A DNA stretch of 64,000 nucleotides from assembly GCF_964204645.1 (NCBI RefSeq), contig NC_134025.1:10850001-10914000 (forward strand). Direction: 5' to 3'. Each line of letters begins with the position of its first letter. The first letter of the stretch is position 1. Origin of the DNA: Tubulanus polymorphus. Lineage: Eukaryota; Animalia; Nemertea. Positions 25,501 through 50,484 of this stretch are shown piece by piece. The translations under genes were made by a program, and so were the position numbers. The notes below the pieces were generated by a model. It saw only the letters and a program-made list of their open reading frames with translations. It searched no databases and had not been told where the DNA came from.

Positions 25501-28500
25501 GAAAATTGGACTAAATCTCGAGAGATGTGCTGCATTCATGGAATTGAATTTCACAACTTATCATCATTTTCAAAGCCCGGAATTTCCCACTGTTGCAGTT
25601 TAGTATGGGGTTTGATAAACATTAAGACATTAGCAATTTTTTAGTTAATCTAACTGTTAAGATTAATTAATCTCACCTGATGTTGTTGAACGCTTGCTTT
25701 CAGGACATCAATGAAGAATGAAAATATTTCCGTCATCGCCGACGTCAATGACGTTAAAATCTCTCGTCTTCGCTTCGTGGGAATATTTTGGAAATGAACG
25801 ACATCTTCAGCTAAACGCAAAAACACAAACAGAACTAACTCTGTCTGCGAAGGCTGAAATAAAGACGACTGGTTTAAATAGTGTTGTTCTACCAGGTTAT
25901 TAGTAGTTCGAGGAGTCTGGGCCGGTCGCTTTGAAGTTGGTTAAGTTATCTACTGACGAAGTTCTTGATTGGTTTCACTTAACCTATTTGCTGAGTATGA
26001 GCCAGGCTTGTAAATAAATTGACATTCGATGTGAGTATGACAAGCTCAGCTCGTCAATATAGTATTGTATGGCGCTTGTCAACGCATATCAGTATAACTT
26101 TATGTATGCACACCAGACAACTTAGCTATGATTTTTTTCTGAAAGATGGCGAAACTTTCGCCAGTTGGCACCAGGTCATAGCTCACTGCAGTTGCTATGC
26201 TGTCGAATTTTGAAAAATGTTTCTAGCTATTTTCAGTTAGGCCTAACTCATGGTTTAAAACTTTACCAACTTTTTGAACAATGTAAGCCAATTTTCTCCA
26301 AGCTTTTTTCCGTTTGATTAAAAACGAAACTTCACGAGACAAGGCAATAATGACTCTTGTTCGTAAAATGTTGTTAGTCTGTTTAGAAATGACTCTCAGG
26401 AATAACTGGCACCAATAATGTACTATGTAACAATATCAATCAAAACGTATATTAACGTGTACCTTTTTACATTATTCTACGCATACGTACCCCCATTTGA
26501 CGAAGATCGTTTAGTTCTTTCATCAATGTCGGCCATTGTTGAGGCCATTCCCTTTTTATCATCTCTACCGTTATACGAGACAGGGCATCCTTTATGTGAA
26601 GCTGCTCTGCGATGATATTTTTCGTCCCCTATCAAATGAAAAGGAACAATGCACTTTTATTTATTTCTGAAGAATAACGATTGAAGATAGACACATATTC
26701 AGAATACAATTTAGGTTCACTTACGTTCGCTAGAAGTTGCATCGTGATATTCTTAATGGACAGCTTTATGTCGGGGTTCATGTCGTTCCAGCGATCTCTG
26801 ATGAGTAGAAAGATATTTTGAATTTATTCTGTGTTGATTTTTAAAAATGAGGGATCAATAAAAGAGAGTATGACAAGCAAATACCGGTAAAGGTAAATGA
26901 AAATAATGAAATGCAAATATCTCATCAGAGCAAAGTATAACACAAAACTACCAGTATGAATGTCAATATTTTGAGCTCCCAACCAGAAGCCATCATACAA
27001 ACGACTGGTATGAAACTGCCCATTGATTTTCAATTTGACTGTCTTCGTCAATGGATGTATAACTAACTAATAACAAACAGATTCTCGTATCTAGGAACAG
27101 GTCGAAAAGGGTAGTTTTTTTCATCTTTGTTAACATTTCAGGAGCTAGTAGGCCCTACCATAATGATAGTATCTGACTTGTTTGACACCTTGTTTCTCCT
27201 CTCTGCTGAGCTTAGAAGTTGACCCGGCCTATCTACCCTGAACATCAATTTTTTTAAATCGTGATCCATTTTACCATAAACAGACCGCGATCCATTTTAC
27301 CATAACAGACCGGGCACTGCTATAGAAATTAACTGATTACAAATTTTATCATATCTTACATACATTACCCGCAGCCGTTGCGGAGAAACAAGGTATTATT
27401 TTTGTTTAGCCTTAGGCTTATACATTTATGAATACAATTCAGGTAAATGCGTAACTCACACAATGCAGTTTTCGATAAATTGCAAACCGATGTGGCGAAT
27501 AATGTCCGGCTTATCAGGTGAACACATCTGGAATGAGGCTTCAATGAGAAGCTTGGTATCGCAGCTAGTTTTCAATTCCTCCAAGAACTGAAAAAGAGAA
27601 TTACCCTGACACTGACACTACTAACTGACAGAAGTGACATGGATGGATGAAAAATTTGCGCACCTACTAAAAACTGACCGGAACCGACTGAAAACCGACT
27701 GGATGGAGCTGATTACCCAAAGACAGTGTTTCGCAACTGAATATTTAGCAGAGATAAACTTTTCAAAATCTTTGAACTTCAAAAGACAATAATAAAAATG
27801 CTCCTGTCATCAAACATGATTTTTCTCATGTAATATTAGAAACATCATTATTTCTATTATATTCTATTATTATATATTTATTCTATTACTTAATGATTTC
27901 AAAACAAGTTAGGCCTAAGTTCAAGTGTTTTTTTCTGGTACATGTAGTAGCATTTTCCGTTTTGAAAATCCAATGTTACCTATCATGGACAAATCGTGAA
28001 ACGAACCACTAAACGCTTCAAATAATAAAAACTTTTTTGGTGCCAGGGACCACAGTAGAGTTCAAAACCTAAATTGCTTTTTAAACAATCAAATGACAGA
28101 TATATTAAGAGTCATTTATTTTTCGCCATTTATTGGATACGCCGGTTTTCGCATTTTTCTTTGCCAAGGGTTCTGGCGACGAGGTTTTTGGAATCATCAA
28201 TTTCTCGTCAGTTGAGCGTTATAGTTTTGATAGATTGCTTGTTGTTTTAAGCTTTTGAACTCGATAAAGAAAAAATAAAAAAGTGGCATCACTCCCGGTC
28301 GACGCCGATGTGAATATTACTATGATAAAGAAATAATTTTGGAGAAGCTTGAAGGAAGAAATAAAAAAATGTTCATCTCTTTGCGTAGATATTCTTATAA
28401 CTTGCGCACTGTCTTTATGAGTAATGATGTATTTCGAAGATATATATAATTCGAGCTTCATCCAGTCGGTTTTTAGTCAGCTTTTGTCAGTTCCAGTCGG

Positions 28501-29466
28501 TTCTGGTCGGTTTTTATTAGGAGCCAAAATTTGAATGCAAGCACACATGCATGCATTCTAGTCAGTAACCTGTCTGTGGTTTAGTTTCACGATCGGATAT
28601 TTTCACAAACCACTGATAAAGGTATAAACCGATTATAAAAGGCTTACCACCAACGATTAGGTTAACTATATTAACTATAACTTATTAAAACTACAAATGC
28701 ATTCATGATTCACCCAGTCCTGGCAGTGGCTGTCTCCACAGTGTATCTACGTTGCTCTACGATCCTGTGTAACCAACCACCCAGACACGTTCATTCAAAT
28801 TCGCGTGACTTTTGCCGACAGAACTACTGTTGGCATTTTTGCCTGTGTTCAAACTGCCATATCTCAGCAAATAAACAACCGATTTTGATAAATAAACTAT
28901 CTACACTAACCTTATGACGTTTTGTGTTTGTTCATTATATTTGTTTGAGGATAAAGCCGATTTTAGTAGGCCCTACGATTAAATGTAAGATACAAAAATT
29001 ATGCGCTGTTTAGCGATGAGACACGCATCGCTCAAGTGTCTTGTTGCTAGCGAACTACAGTGTTACAATGCCTAGTTTCAAAGTGAAAAAATGGTGTCAT
29101 TTTTGCTATTTCTGTATTTAAATCGCATCAAGCACGGACTGTGATGAAGAAACCTCCAAATGAATATAATAATCAGAAAACTGAATGTTTGAGGTTTGTA
29201 AAGAGTTTATTTTTCACAATCGGTTTAGTGAAACTGGATTTCTGGTGGTTTAAAGTCACAGTGATTTAAGAGTATCGAGAAAATGTCGTTTGTGTCTTAG
29301 TGTCTGTGGTACATCAGGCACTGACTAAGGTTCTTGGTGAAATTCATGCATGCTTACTACTTACTCGATAGGCTTGCGCACGATCAGTTTGCGTCGAAAA
29401 TGGATTTAATTGCGTTTCTACAGCTGCAGAAATCTGGCCGATCACAGAAACTATGGTGTCATCCAT
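13377..29466 (-). CDS. XPO5: Exportin-5 (pre-miRNA/dsRNA nuclear export receptor), ~30 exons
   Basis: Spliced exons give recognisable XPO5 peptides: 29365-29466 MDDTIV..AYR; 27460-27587 IIRHIGLQFIE; 26491-26628 HIKDALSRITVEMIKREWPQQWP; 25677-25853 QTELVLFVFLRLAEDVV; 25058-25264 GYVDWVSMSHIT; 24901-24977 EDRKPLMILF; ~22264-22355 GFPSRSDSKSCDYARLDFDSDEEF; ~15974-16067 NPESQEVLEDQL; terminal exon 13377-13556 QLFKKEVHIVDLPVMFK. Splice phases are consistent where checked. Confidence 0.95.
15215..15474. mobile_element. MITE, CAGGGGCGGATCTAGG family, flanked by a CGGTC duplication
   Basis: TIRs CAGGGGCGGAT / ATCTGCCCCTG; CGGTC at 15210-15214 and 15475-15479. Confidence 0.75.
16866..17652 (-). other. 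U12-type AT-AC intron of XPO5
   Basis: Donor ATATCCTTTT, branch TTCCTTAAT, terminal AC; splicing restores PDYSLRSII-R-SFLKPF. Confidence 0.92.
17330..17607. mobile_element. piggyBac-like MITE with TTAA duplications
   Basis: TTAA-CCCTTTCAGTG...CACTGAAAGGG-TTAA; related right-end fragment at ~47755-47824. Confidence 0.8.
18059..18244. mobile_element. Palindromic MITE
   Basis: GCTAGGGGCACACGAGCGTATT ... AATACGCTCGTGCGCCCCTAGC inverted termini. Confidence 0.75.
23827..24890 (+). mobile_element. Helentron/HINE (DINE-1-like) non-autonomous element with internal ~150-bp tandem repeats
   Basis: Subterminal inverted repeats GCCCACTTGGGA / TCCCAAGTGGGC, GACG microsatellite, terminal hairpin TGGGACT-AA-AGTCCCA and 3 internal units; full inverted copy at 55341-56598 and a fragment at ~21967-22080. 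Confidence 0.75.
27659..28525. mobile_element. Non-autonomous DNA transposon with long TIRs and an 8-bp target duplication
   Basis: AAAATTTG at 27651-27658 and 28526-28533; TIRs CCTACTAAAAACTGACCGGAACCGACTG / CAGTCGGTTCTGGTCGGTTTTTATTAGG. Confidence 0.75.
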
Positions 29467-29840
29467 TGTCAGTTGCCGAAACAATAAAATATCTATTGTT
29501 TTTCATCAAATATTGTAAAAAAAATCTAGACCATGGAGGCCGCCATTTTTAAAAACCTGGAATCCAAACGCAATGAAACGTCATCTAAGATTTATTTCCC
29601 TGGAACCAAAATTGATTCACTTTTTAATGTAGGTATCATACGTATTTAACCCGTGAGTCAAATAACCCGCGTAAGAACCGCGATTGCATTTTATATCGTA
29701 TCATTCATAAAATAGGGGGTCTTTTTTCTCAGGTGAGATCGGGCTGACGTCATCATTTGAATTTCGGCTTTGAGGTATGTGAATAAATCATATTGAATTG
29801 GATTAGTTCATTTTATTTAGTCGTATCCTCAAACTTCAAA
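29467..29840. promoter_or_regulatory. Putative bidirectional promoter XPO5/NDUFAF4
   Basis: Only 374 bp between divergent ATGs; YY1-like GCCGCCATTTT (29539-29549) and perfect CRE TGACGTCA (29745-29752). Confidence 0.6.
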
Positions 29841-31183
29841 ATGGGCAAACACATGTCAAAAATGGTGCGACGAAGCGCAAAAAACTTCAACGTCGAGAAC
29901 AGGGCGCATGCTGCTATCGAAAGACACAAGTTGCACCCGAAACCGGCTCCAAAATATGAATCGTCGCAGCGAGAAGTGAATGAAATCCGAAACAGTACGC
30001 ATATTGCTTTACATAATCAAGTCTAATTCAAATGTTATTTTATTGGAACCTATTTATTAACGGTCTCCGTAATGAGAATAGAAATATTGGGAATGTTCGT
30101 TCTAATTGTTATCATCTTCTGTATTGTCTTACACTCAATTAGCTTCACACACCACGTTCTAGATATGACTTTGATAAAATCTCATGTTGATGATATTGAC
30201 TTTTAGGTGTCGGGCTATACACTATTTTTAGATTTTCCTGAGAAATTTGATGAAGATAAAAAAGATAATAACCTATTGGAACGTTTGAAACAAGTACGCA
30301 TAGAATCGCATGGACCACCACCGGAGGTACGTGAAACTAAGCAATTTTTTCTGCTTCGCTCAACGATGATGCCTACACTGATTGCTTCCTCGAATTATTA
30401 TCTGCTGAGGCTGATAGATTAAAAATATTTTTAACGAAATTCATATGATGGTGAACCTTAGTTGCTTTGACTGGCCTGAAATTTGTCGGGTGAACAGACA
30501 CGGACATAAACAAACATCATAGACTACACGGTTGACTGCTTGCCTCAATAACTGTAGTGAGTAACCTATCTGGTTTAGTTTCACGATCAGATATTTTTCA
30601 CATTGTTTGAACCCATCCCATTGTAAAAGCTTACCACCAACGATTAGGTGACGAACTACAAGAACTGTTGGTCTAGATCTGAGGCAATCTGAGTCAACCG
30701 TTGTCTTAAATCTTCCTCCTAACATTTTGTCTTTTTTTTCCCCAAATGGACGGATTTGTCAATGAAAATTACAATGGTATGATCGATTCGTTGATTCGAT
30801 GAGTCATTCATTTTCAGATTAAACCCAAGACGGTCAGCCCAAGCGTCAAGCCTCTGCCCGAAAACCGCCGAGCGTTCGATAGAAACGAACTGGGCGTCGA
30901 AGAACCGAGTGACATTCCACCCGGAAAGTTGAGCTTGAAACAAGCCCTGGAATTACTCGTCGAACAGCAAACGCGTAAACGAAACACCGACGACGTCTCG
31001 AAAGAATTCAAAATCGAACCTGAAAAAATCGAAGCGATGTTCGAATATTTCAAGCCGTTTAATCTACACATGCCGAAAAAGCCCACTGCCGCTAATAGGA
31101 CTGCCGCATATGAAACCGTGTTATCAGCAGTGAGGGATAAAACCACGCTGATAGGCGACAGTGGTAAAAAGGAGTCTCAATGA
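29841..31183 (+). CDS. NDUFAF4: Mitochondrial complex I assembly factor NDUFAF4-like, 3 exons
   Basis: Exons 29841-29994, 30232-30326 and 30818-31183 join in frame; motifs NFNVENRAH..I...KP.PAP, LLERLKQV and IPPGKLSLKQALELL...YFKPF. Confidence 0.88.
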
Positions 31184-31370
31184 CAGGCTTTCTTCGTAGT
31201 CTGCGATTTAGGATGGCAGTTCTTTTTTGAAGTGTTGTAGATCGAGTAAATAATAGATTTAGTGTACTTGTATAAATTGTTTGTAAATAAATGTTGATTT
31301 TGCAAAGATGTTTTTTTTAATTATCGCTTCATGTAGTGGAGTTTAGCCTCAACTGTGATGAGCCAGTTAG

Positions 31371-32385
31371 TATTTGCGAGTAAGTTTGGGTGTACCCGGG
31401 GATCGTAATGTATCGTCGTATCGTTTCGGTTACAACCAACTGGAGGCATTATATCCCTATTTCTAGGTTGTCTCGTTGTGTCACTTGTTGATAGTTGCTA
31501 GGTTTGAAACCAGATGCGGAATACAGTTTTTGAAAGCCTGGATTCTGCTATTGTGGTCGTTGTTCGTACTGTTTGTGTTGCCAGTAGTTATCAAGTCGCG
31601 CTTTGAAACTGTCAATGCTGGGTGCATTAACTATATCTTCTGTTAGGCTATTCCAGTTATTTACAACACGACTGAAAAAGTTCTTCCGGATGTTTTTCCT
31701 TGATCGGGATTTTGCCAGCTTCAGTGAGTGCCCCCTAGTTCTACGGTTGTGGTTCTGTGGTATTAGTCTCTCAGAGTTGAGATGGTAGTTCCCGTGTAGG
31801 CAGTTGTAGACGGTGATCATGTCACCACGTGAATGTCTGTAACTCAGCGATGGTAGTTTGAGTTGCTTCATCTGTTGTTGATATGATGAGTCTTTTAGAG
31901 TGGGGACTAACTTTGTTGCTCGTCTTTGGACTTTTTCATAGGAATCCATGTCTTTCTTCTGGTAGGGACTATAGGCTGGAATCGCATACTCTAATATTGG
32001 ACGAACAAGTGCTTTGTACAGAAGGTTGAACGTTTTTTTATCAAGGTGCTCAAAGGATCTCTTGATAACTCCAGTCATTCTATGTCCTCTGTTTACAACT
32101 GAGGTATGCTGTGCTTGAAATGTTAACATTTCGTCGATTGTCACACCCAAGTCTTTTTCTTCAGTTACTGCTCTGAGCTGGTGGTTGGTGTAGTCGAATG
32201 ATCACCCGGATGCGTTCGATTTATCCGTCACGTGATAGTTCGGGCTTCCCCGGGGAAGTTTAAAGTAACCTACTCTGGGAATCGCTCGCTTTAAACTTAG
32301 CTGGGGAAGCCCGAACTATCACGTGACTGATAAATCGAACGCGTTCCGGTGATCCCCGGGTATACCCAGAGTTACTCGGAAGATA
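31371..32385. mobile_element. Foldback MITE interrupted by the LINE insertion
   Basis: Left arm is split into 31371-31404 and 32200-32266; right arm ~32290-32385 is the approximate reverse complement of the rejoined left arm. Confidence 0.8.
31405..32199 (-). mobile_element. 5'-truncated CR1/L2-like LINE (end of RT ORF2 + 3' UTR)
   Basis: ORF 31548-32150 has EKDLGV, LYKALVRPILEYA, EKVQRRATKLV, RGDMI, RTRGHSLKL and FFSRVVNNWNSL, typical CR1-group C-terminal motifs. Confidence 0.9.
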
Positions 32386-35300
32386 ATCGAATGGGCTATT
32401 AGTGGACATCTACTAAAGGATAGATTTGGTCTTAGTTAAGTTTACATCCGAAATTTGAATTTATGGCAATATCTACGGAAGTAACAATGAAACTGTTGAA
32501 ATCAACGATTTTCAGTAACCATGACATGAATAAATCTCATTGAAGAACCTGTGAACCTGTGACGAAGCAAACGTAATGAAGAAAGCGGTATATTTAATTT
32601 TTGCAAAATGTATATATTTCAACCTTCAATAGACACATTTACATCATGACACATTTTTTGCAAACCGGTAATAAGGAAGGAAGCACACAAACTAGGGTAT
32701 ACTCGAAACAACCCCCTCCCTCCGCACTATTTATAACTCCAATAAGTTCAGATAGCTGTCCCTTACATTGTTCATCCATCACACCTTAATATTTATAGCG
32801 CCACGATACTTGGAAACAAGAAGGATCAAGTAAATAAATGTCATCATAGATTGACCCGACAAAAGCTAGTCCTAACTTTTACAAATTGATGAAATTTATC
32901 TGATAAAATGAGTATAAAACCAGATACTTTGGCTGAGAAGTGCCCAACATGAACAAATATGGATGGAAACATTCTCTACACTGCTCTTCAATCATGTGGA
33001 TCAAATTACTATTCAAAAAGATTGTACCCTGTGAGGGATTTGAGCTTGAACCTCAATGGCGTTGAGGCTGTTGTGGCAAGAATCCCTGTCCAAGTGGACT
33101 GGTTCATCTCATCTTCATAGATTTCCTGTTTAGACTGAATCAGTGAACTGTGAGCCGGTCAACTAGAACAAGTTTTTACCGAGGCAAATTCAAACACATC
33201 ATGCGGCTAAAAATCAATACATTGTTAGTTAGTCATTTCTGCAGAGCTTAGAAATTAACCTCACTGGCCACCTATCTAGCCTGTACATAACTTTTTTAAA
33301 AATCATGATCAAGCTAACCATATCAGACCCGGCAGTTATAAAAATGAACTGATTACAAATTTCATTGTCGTTGAGCCAGTTAGGAGACACAAGGTTTCAC
33401 CTTTTAGTCATAGGTTTGCCAAGGAAGAATGCCACTATTGTTTTTAACAGATTTATGAAAGGTTCTTGGACAGTTTATTGGTCGAGGACGGACAAGTCAA
33501 AGACATCTAAACACGAATACCTTTATCTAAAAACATTATAGACAATTGTTTATCGGCCAAATGTTTAACAGATTCAGCAGTCTGTTGGCAGGATTTAAGA
33601 CTCGTTCCACAATCAAATGGAGGGTATAAAGGGTATAACAACATGGTCAATTTAACAGTCATGTACATGTATTAAAAGCAATGAGACAATAGAAACACAG
33701 TACATTATGTACATGTAATCAAAATCTTATTTAGTTCTTTAATACTGGATATTGAAAATGAGAACTGTTTTCGTTCGTTCCTCAAACTGGCCCCCATTCA
33801 TTATTGTTAGCAACCTCACGATACCACAAAATTTCTTTTTTTGTCGGTTTGCTTAACATAACAGTCACTCCAAAGCAAGTATTATTGAAGATATCCTTGC
33901 AAATTTCAGTATCAAAGACAGACCAGTCATTCATAAAATATGTATGCAAGGTGCAAGTGAGAGAGGGTTAAATTTTCATAACCATTCCATCCTAGGCCTT
34001 TGTTTAATTACTCGGAATATGGATTTGTCGAAAATATCCTTTTTGTCAATCTTAATTTATCATTAGAATTCAATTTAACATAATTTTCACTGACTTTTTT
34101 TCACAAGGATTTTTTTTCCGCAGCCATTCCAAAATTTAATGTGGAATATATATTATCATGATTGAAAAATTTTCAATGTATTTCTCATTTTTTTCGCTGT
34201 ACCCTTTCATTTCAAATCATTAAAAAAATCTAATATCGAGCAAATTCTGCAAATAAAGTTGTGATTTTTTTCTCCTGAAAAATACATATTCAAAGCAGAA
34301 AAAAAGGCTTTACAATACTTATACCGGTAATTACAAAAAAGAAGCGGCTTACTTCATGAAAGATGGGAATCTTTTTTGAAAACATGATCAAAACAGCACA
34401 CAGCATTTGCTGGCAAATCAACAACTCAGAGATGATTAAATAAAATGTACACGAAAACAGTCTCTGAACCGGTCATTGCTGCGCCATTTCATTCCTTAAA
34501 AAAAATGCTCTAAAATAAATTATCGTCCCTACTATATACCGTAATAGATTATACTTATTTCCTGATCACATCAAAAATACGCGAAGAGTCGTCTTCGTGT
34601 ATTTTTGATAACGTACGAATCCATCACAGTTTTATTTGTATGTACACGACATATGTCTGTTACTATACCTACTATACCTATACAAACACGGTCCATTACA
34701 TGGACTCGCATGAAAAATATACATCGAATACAGTTAAGAAACTACTCGGAGATAACTGGAAACTAACGATAACTGGAAAACGTAGATGGAATCGATATAC
34801 GCCGCAGATATTTCGTAGATCGTCAAACAGTCGGGTAACAACCAATGTTATCGGCGAATTTGAGTGGTTCCGACAGCTCTTTAAAAGTTATCTTTCGAAG
34901 GTCCTGACTAAGGATGAGATGCATCAATGCTTGCAGATCTAAGTGAATGCTGCTGAACGACAAAATCTTTATCGAAGACTTTGAAGTTCGCAATACGTTG
35001 CAAATAATGGTTACAGCATTTCCAGACGTCACATCGTGGAATCAGCTTTAACAAATTCTTTCTCTAATTATTGTGTCAATGGTAACTCGGGTTTCTAAAC
35101 GAAGTATGGAATATAATATCTACAACAGTACTCCTTTTTGTAACCGTTCTATAGGCCAGTGAAACTAAAACATTTTGGTTTAATTGCCTTTACTTCATGT
35201 GTTTGATAAACAGATATGATGGGTATACGATCTTCCCTCGGCAGGGATTTCGGCTTGATGGCATCGCGAGACTCTGCAATGGCAAAAACCTATGCCTGAT

Positions 35301-35547
35301 TAGTCCAAGTACGCATTTAGCGACGATGTCAATGAGAAATCATGTTATACTTTTGCCGGGGTAACCTCTATCTACGTCGAGATATGCGTCAATTTACCTC
35401 ACCTCAGCATTTATCCAATGGGCAAACTGCTTAGCAGCAAAGTCTCAATGTCATGATGTTGAATCCCTGCCGATAGGGGATGTACTCAGAAAACAAATCA
35501 AAACTTGAACGGCTCTATGCAGGCCCTGATATCCAAATAAAAAAAAA

Positions 35548-35903
35548 CAGGGTTCTTACAGATTTCCCAATTTCATTTTCCATAACTTTTCCATACCCCA
35601 AAAAACAGGGTTCTTACAGGTTTCCCAATTTCATTTTCCATAACTTTTCCATACCCCAAAGCTACATATGGCCGACCTAGAAGAGGCAATGTTGGCCCAT
35701 TCAAAGTAAATAAGTGCCAATAATCAACACCATTGACAAAGTGTTCATGTGGTAAGACATTTAGGTATATAGCCTAAATGTCTTGCCTTTTTAGGCTGGC
35801 TTATATCGACAAGCAACGCGACGCTAACTGAGTCCTACCGACTCAATTGAGAGCAACCCAGCATATGATGACTGCACATTTTACAAAACCTGTAAGAACC
35901 CTG
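35548..35903. mobile_element. hAT-like MITE immediately downstream of the LATS stop (probable 3' UTR)
   Basis: CAGGGTTCTTACAG ... CTGTAAGAACCCTG TIRs, with the left end tandemly duplicated; related fragment at ~38470-38650. Confidence 0.7.
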
Positions 35904-35975
35904 TTCCTACAGTAACTCCTCATAACAGCATAAATAAATCTACCGTAGTTAATCGACATTAGGACGTAAGAAGGG

Positions 35976-48628
<12,653 letters not shown>

Positions 48629-50484
48629 ATGTGGCGTCCTCTAACCGGGTTGGTTTCGTCTTCTTACCGATCATCAAGTACGGCACCCTTTTCTCACGCT
48701 GTCTTATCGTAAGTCTCAATCGTGTATGCCTATATATATGTATAAATATATCCAACGTTTATGTTCAGTGATTTAATCCAGTCATCTTGTGCTGAAAATG
48801 ATAATTATCAAAAGCTAGTTTAAATAACTGTTGAACTGTTCAGGCCTACCTGAGTTCAGATATTCGTTGCCATAGATTGAGATATTTTTGGTGTCACTCT
48901 TATCGGATACATGCATGTTGCTTAAAAGCTATCAATTTCAAAGCTATTAAAATGAACCAATGATGCAAACGCTACCCAACTTTTGAGTTGACGTGTCTCA
49001 GTCCAAACTAAATAAGTCATGACTTTTAAAACTGTAGACTTACTTTTCAAGGTAGAGTTTAAAATCATTGCTTGAACATGAGATATATCACGCCTACTGT
49101 GAGAGAGATAGACAAGTGGCAGAGATTAAGGGGGTTTCCACCCTCTTTTAAAAGGCACCCTCAAATTTTCAATAATTCCGAAGGTCTCACTCAAAAAATT
49201 CCTGATTTTCGCCTATGCTTCTCTCCAGAAGCCTGATCCTGGGATTTATAGACCTACTTCATTGTTTAGTGCAGGGATTTGTGCCTTTGGCACATGTAAA
49301 TTCTGTCAATTCAATTAGGCTACCTATTTGGATTCCCCTTAGTAGATCTACTATTGACAAATTGCTAATAGGTCTACATACATAACCATACAATAACAAA
49401 TAGACAAATTAAACCGAAAGATAAGCATCATGAAAAAAAACTTGGTTCAAACTTTAAACATGAATCAAAGAGACTCCTTAGGCTTTAGTTTGAGATTATC
49501 ATGCGGCTTAAATACTGGTCCAACATACTTATCACATAGTTCGATTAAAATTAATGGAAAAATTAATCAAAACTGCGCCTTGTAGTGCAATTCAATAAAA
49601 AAGGTAAAAGGCTGGTGTAGCTGCAGCTAGTTAGTTGTCTCAAACCTCACCCAAAAAACCATTTCACTAAAACTTTTATCCGTAAAAAGGCCTAGGTCGT
49701 CTAAATATATCCAAAAATAAGAAATAAGGAAATTCAAACTATTTTGTCGAATCCGAAATAACTCGTCAAATCATGATTCAAATTGTTGAAGGTTAAACAT
49801 GGGAATATGCTTACGGTGTGGGCTACGGGCACGGTATGTTCTCCATCGCTATCGGGATATCATCGTATCTGTGTGCTCGAATATTTACTTCCTTGAAATT
49901 ACGACAAACACAAATGGAATGCTAACCATCCAGAAACCATCTCCAAAACGCTCGCGAAACACAGCATGATCGACTGTAGATGCCGCCTTAAGCACACCAC
50001 ACATGGCGTCGACAACTCTGTACGCCTCATTTGGCACCGCAAAGCGCAAACTATCTGATATCTAAACTCTGCTATAGCGAACAAAATACTGAATCTTATT
50101 TCTTCCTTCTACTTAATCCATTTCTTCGTCATAGATTCTTTGAACTATTAAATCGAGAAAAGTGACGTTGCAACCACTTTTACCTTTTTGATTTTTGGAA
50201 TTTTTTTCAATAAAAAATATTTCTAATTAACGTTAGACTTTTATATTTGATTATAAAATATTGGTCTTAAATTCCTTGTGAACTACGAATCGAATTATTT
50301 AAGATTATCAAAATTGTGTCGTGAGTTTACAGATTCTAAAATATTTCGTTACATCGGGCGATAAACAAATTTATTTCGCGCTCGATTCGAAGTTCATTTT
50401 TTGACAAGTGGAAATAGAAACCAAGTATTACTGCTGTCCCCAGAGATATATATCGTTGGATTCCTTAATCAAATTGTGTTCGAA

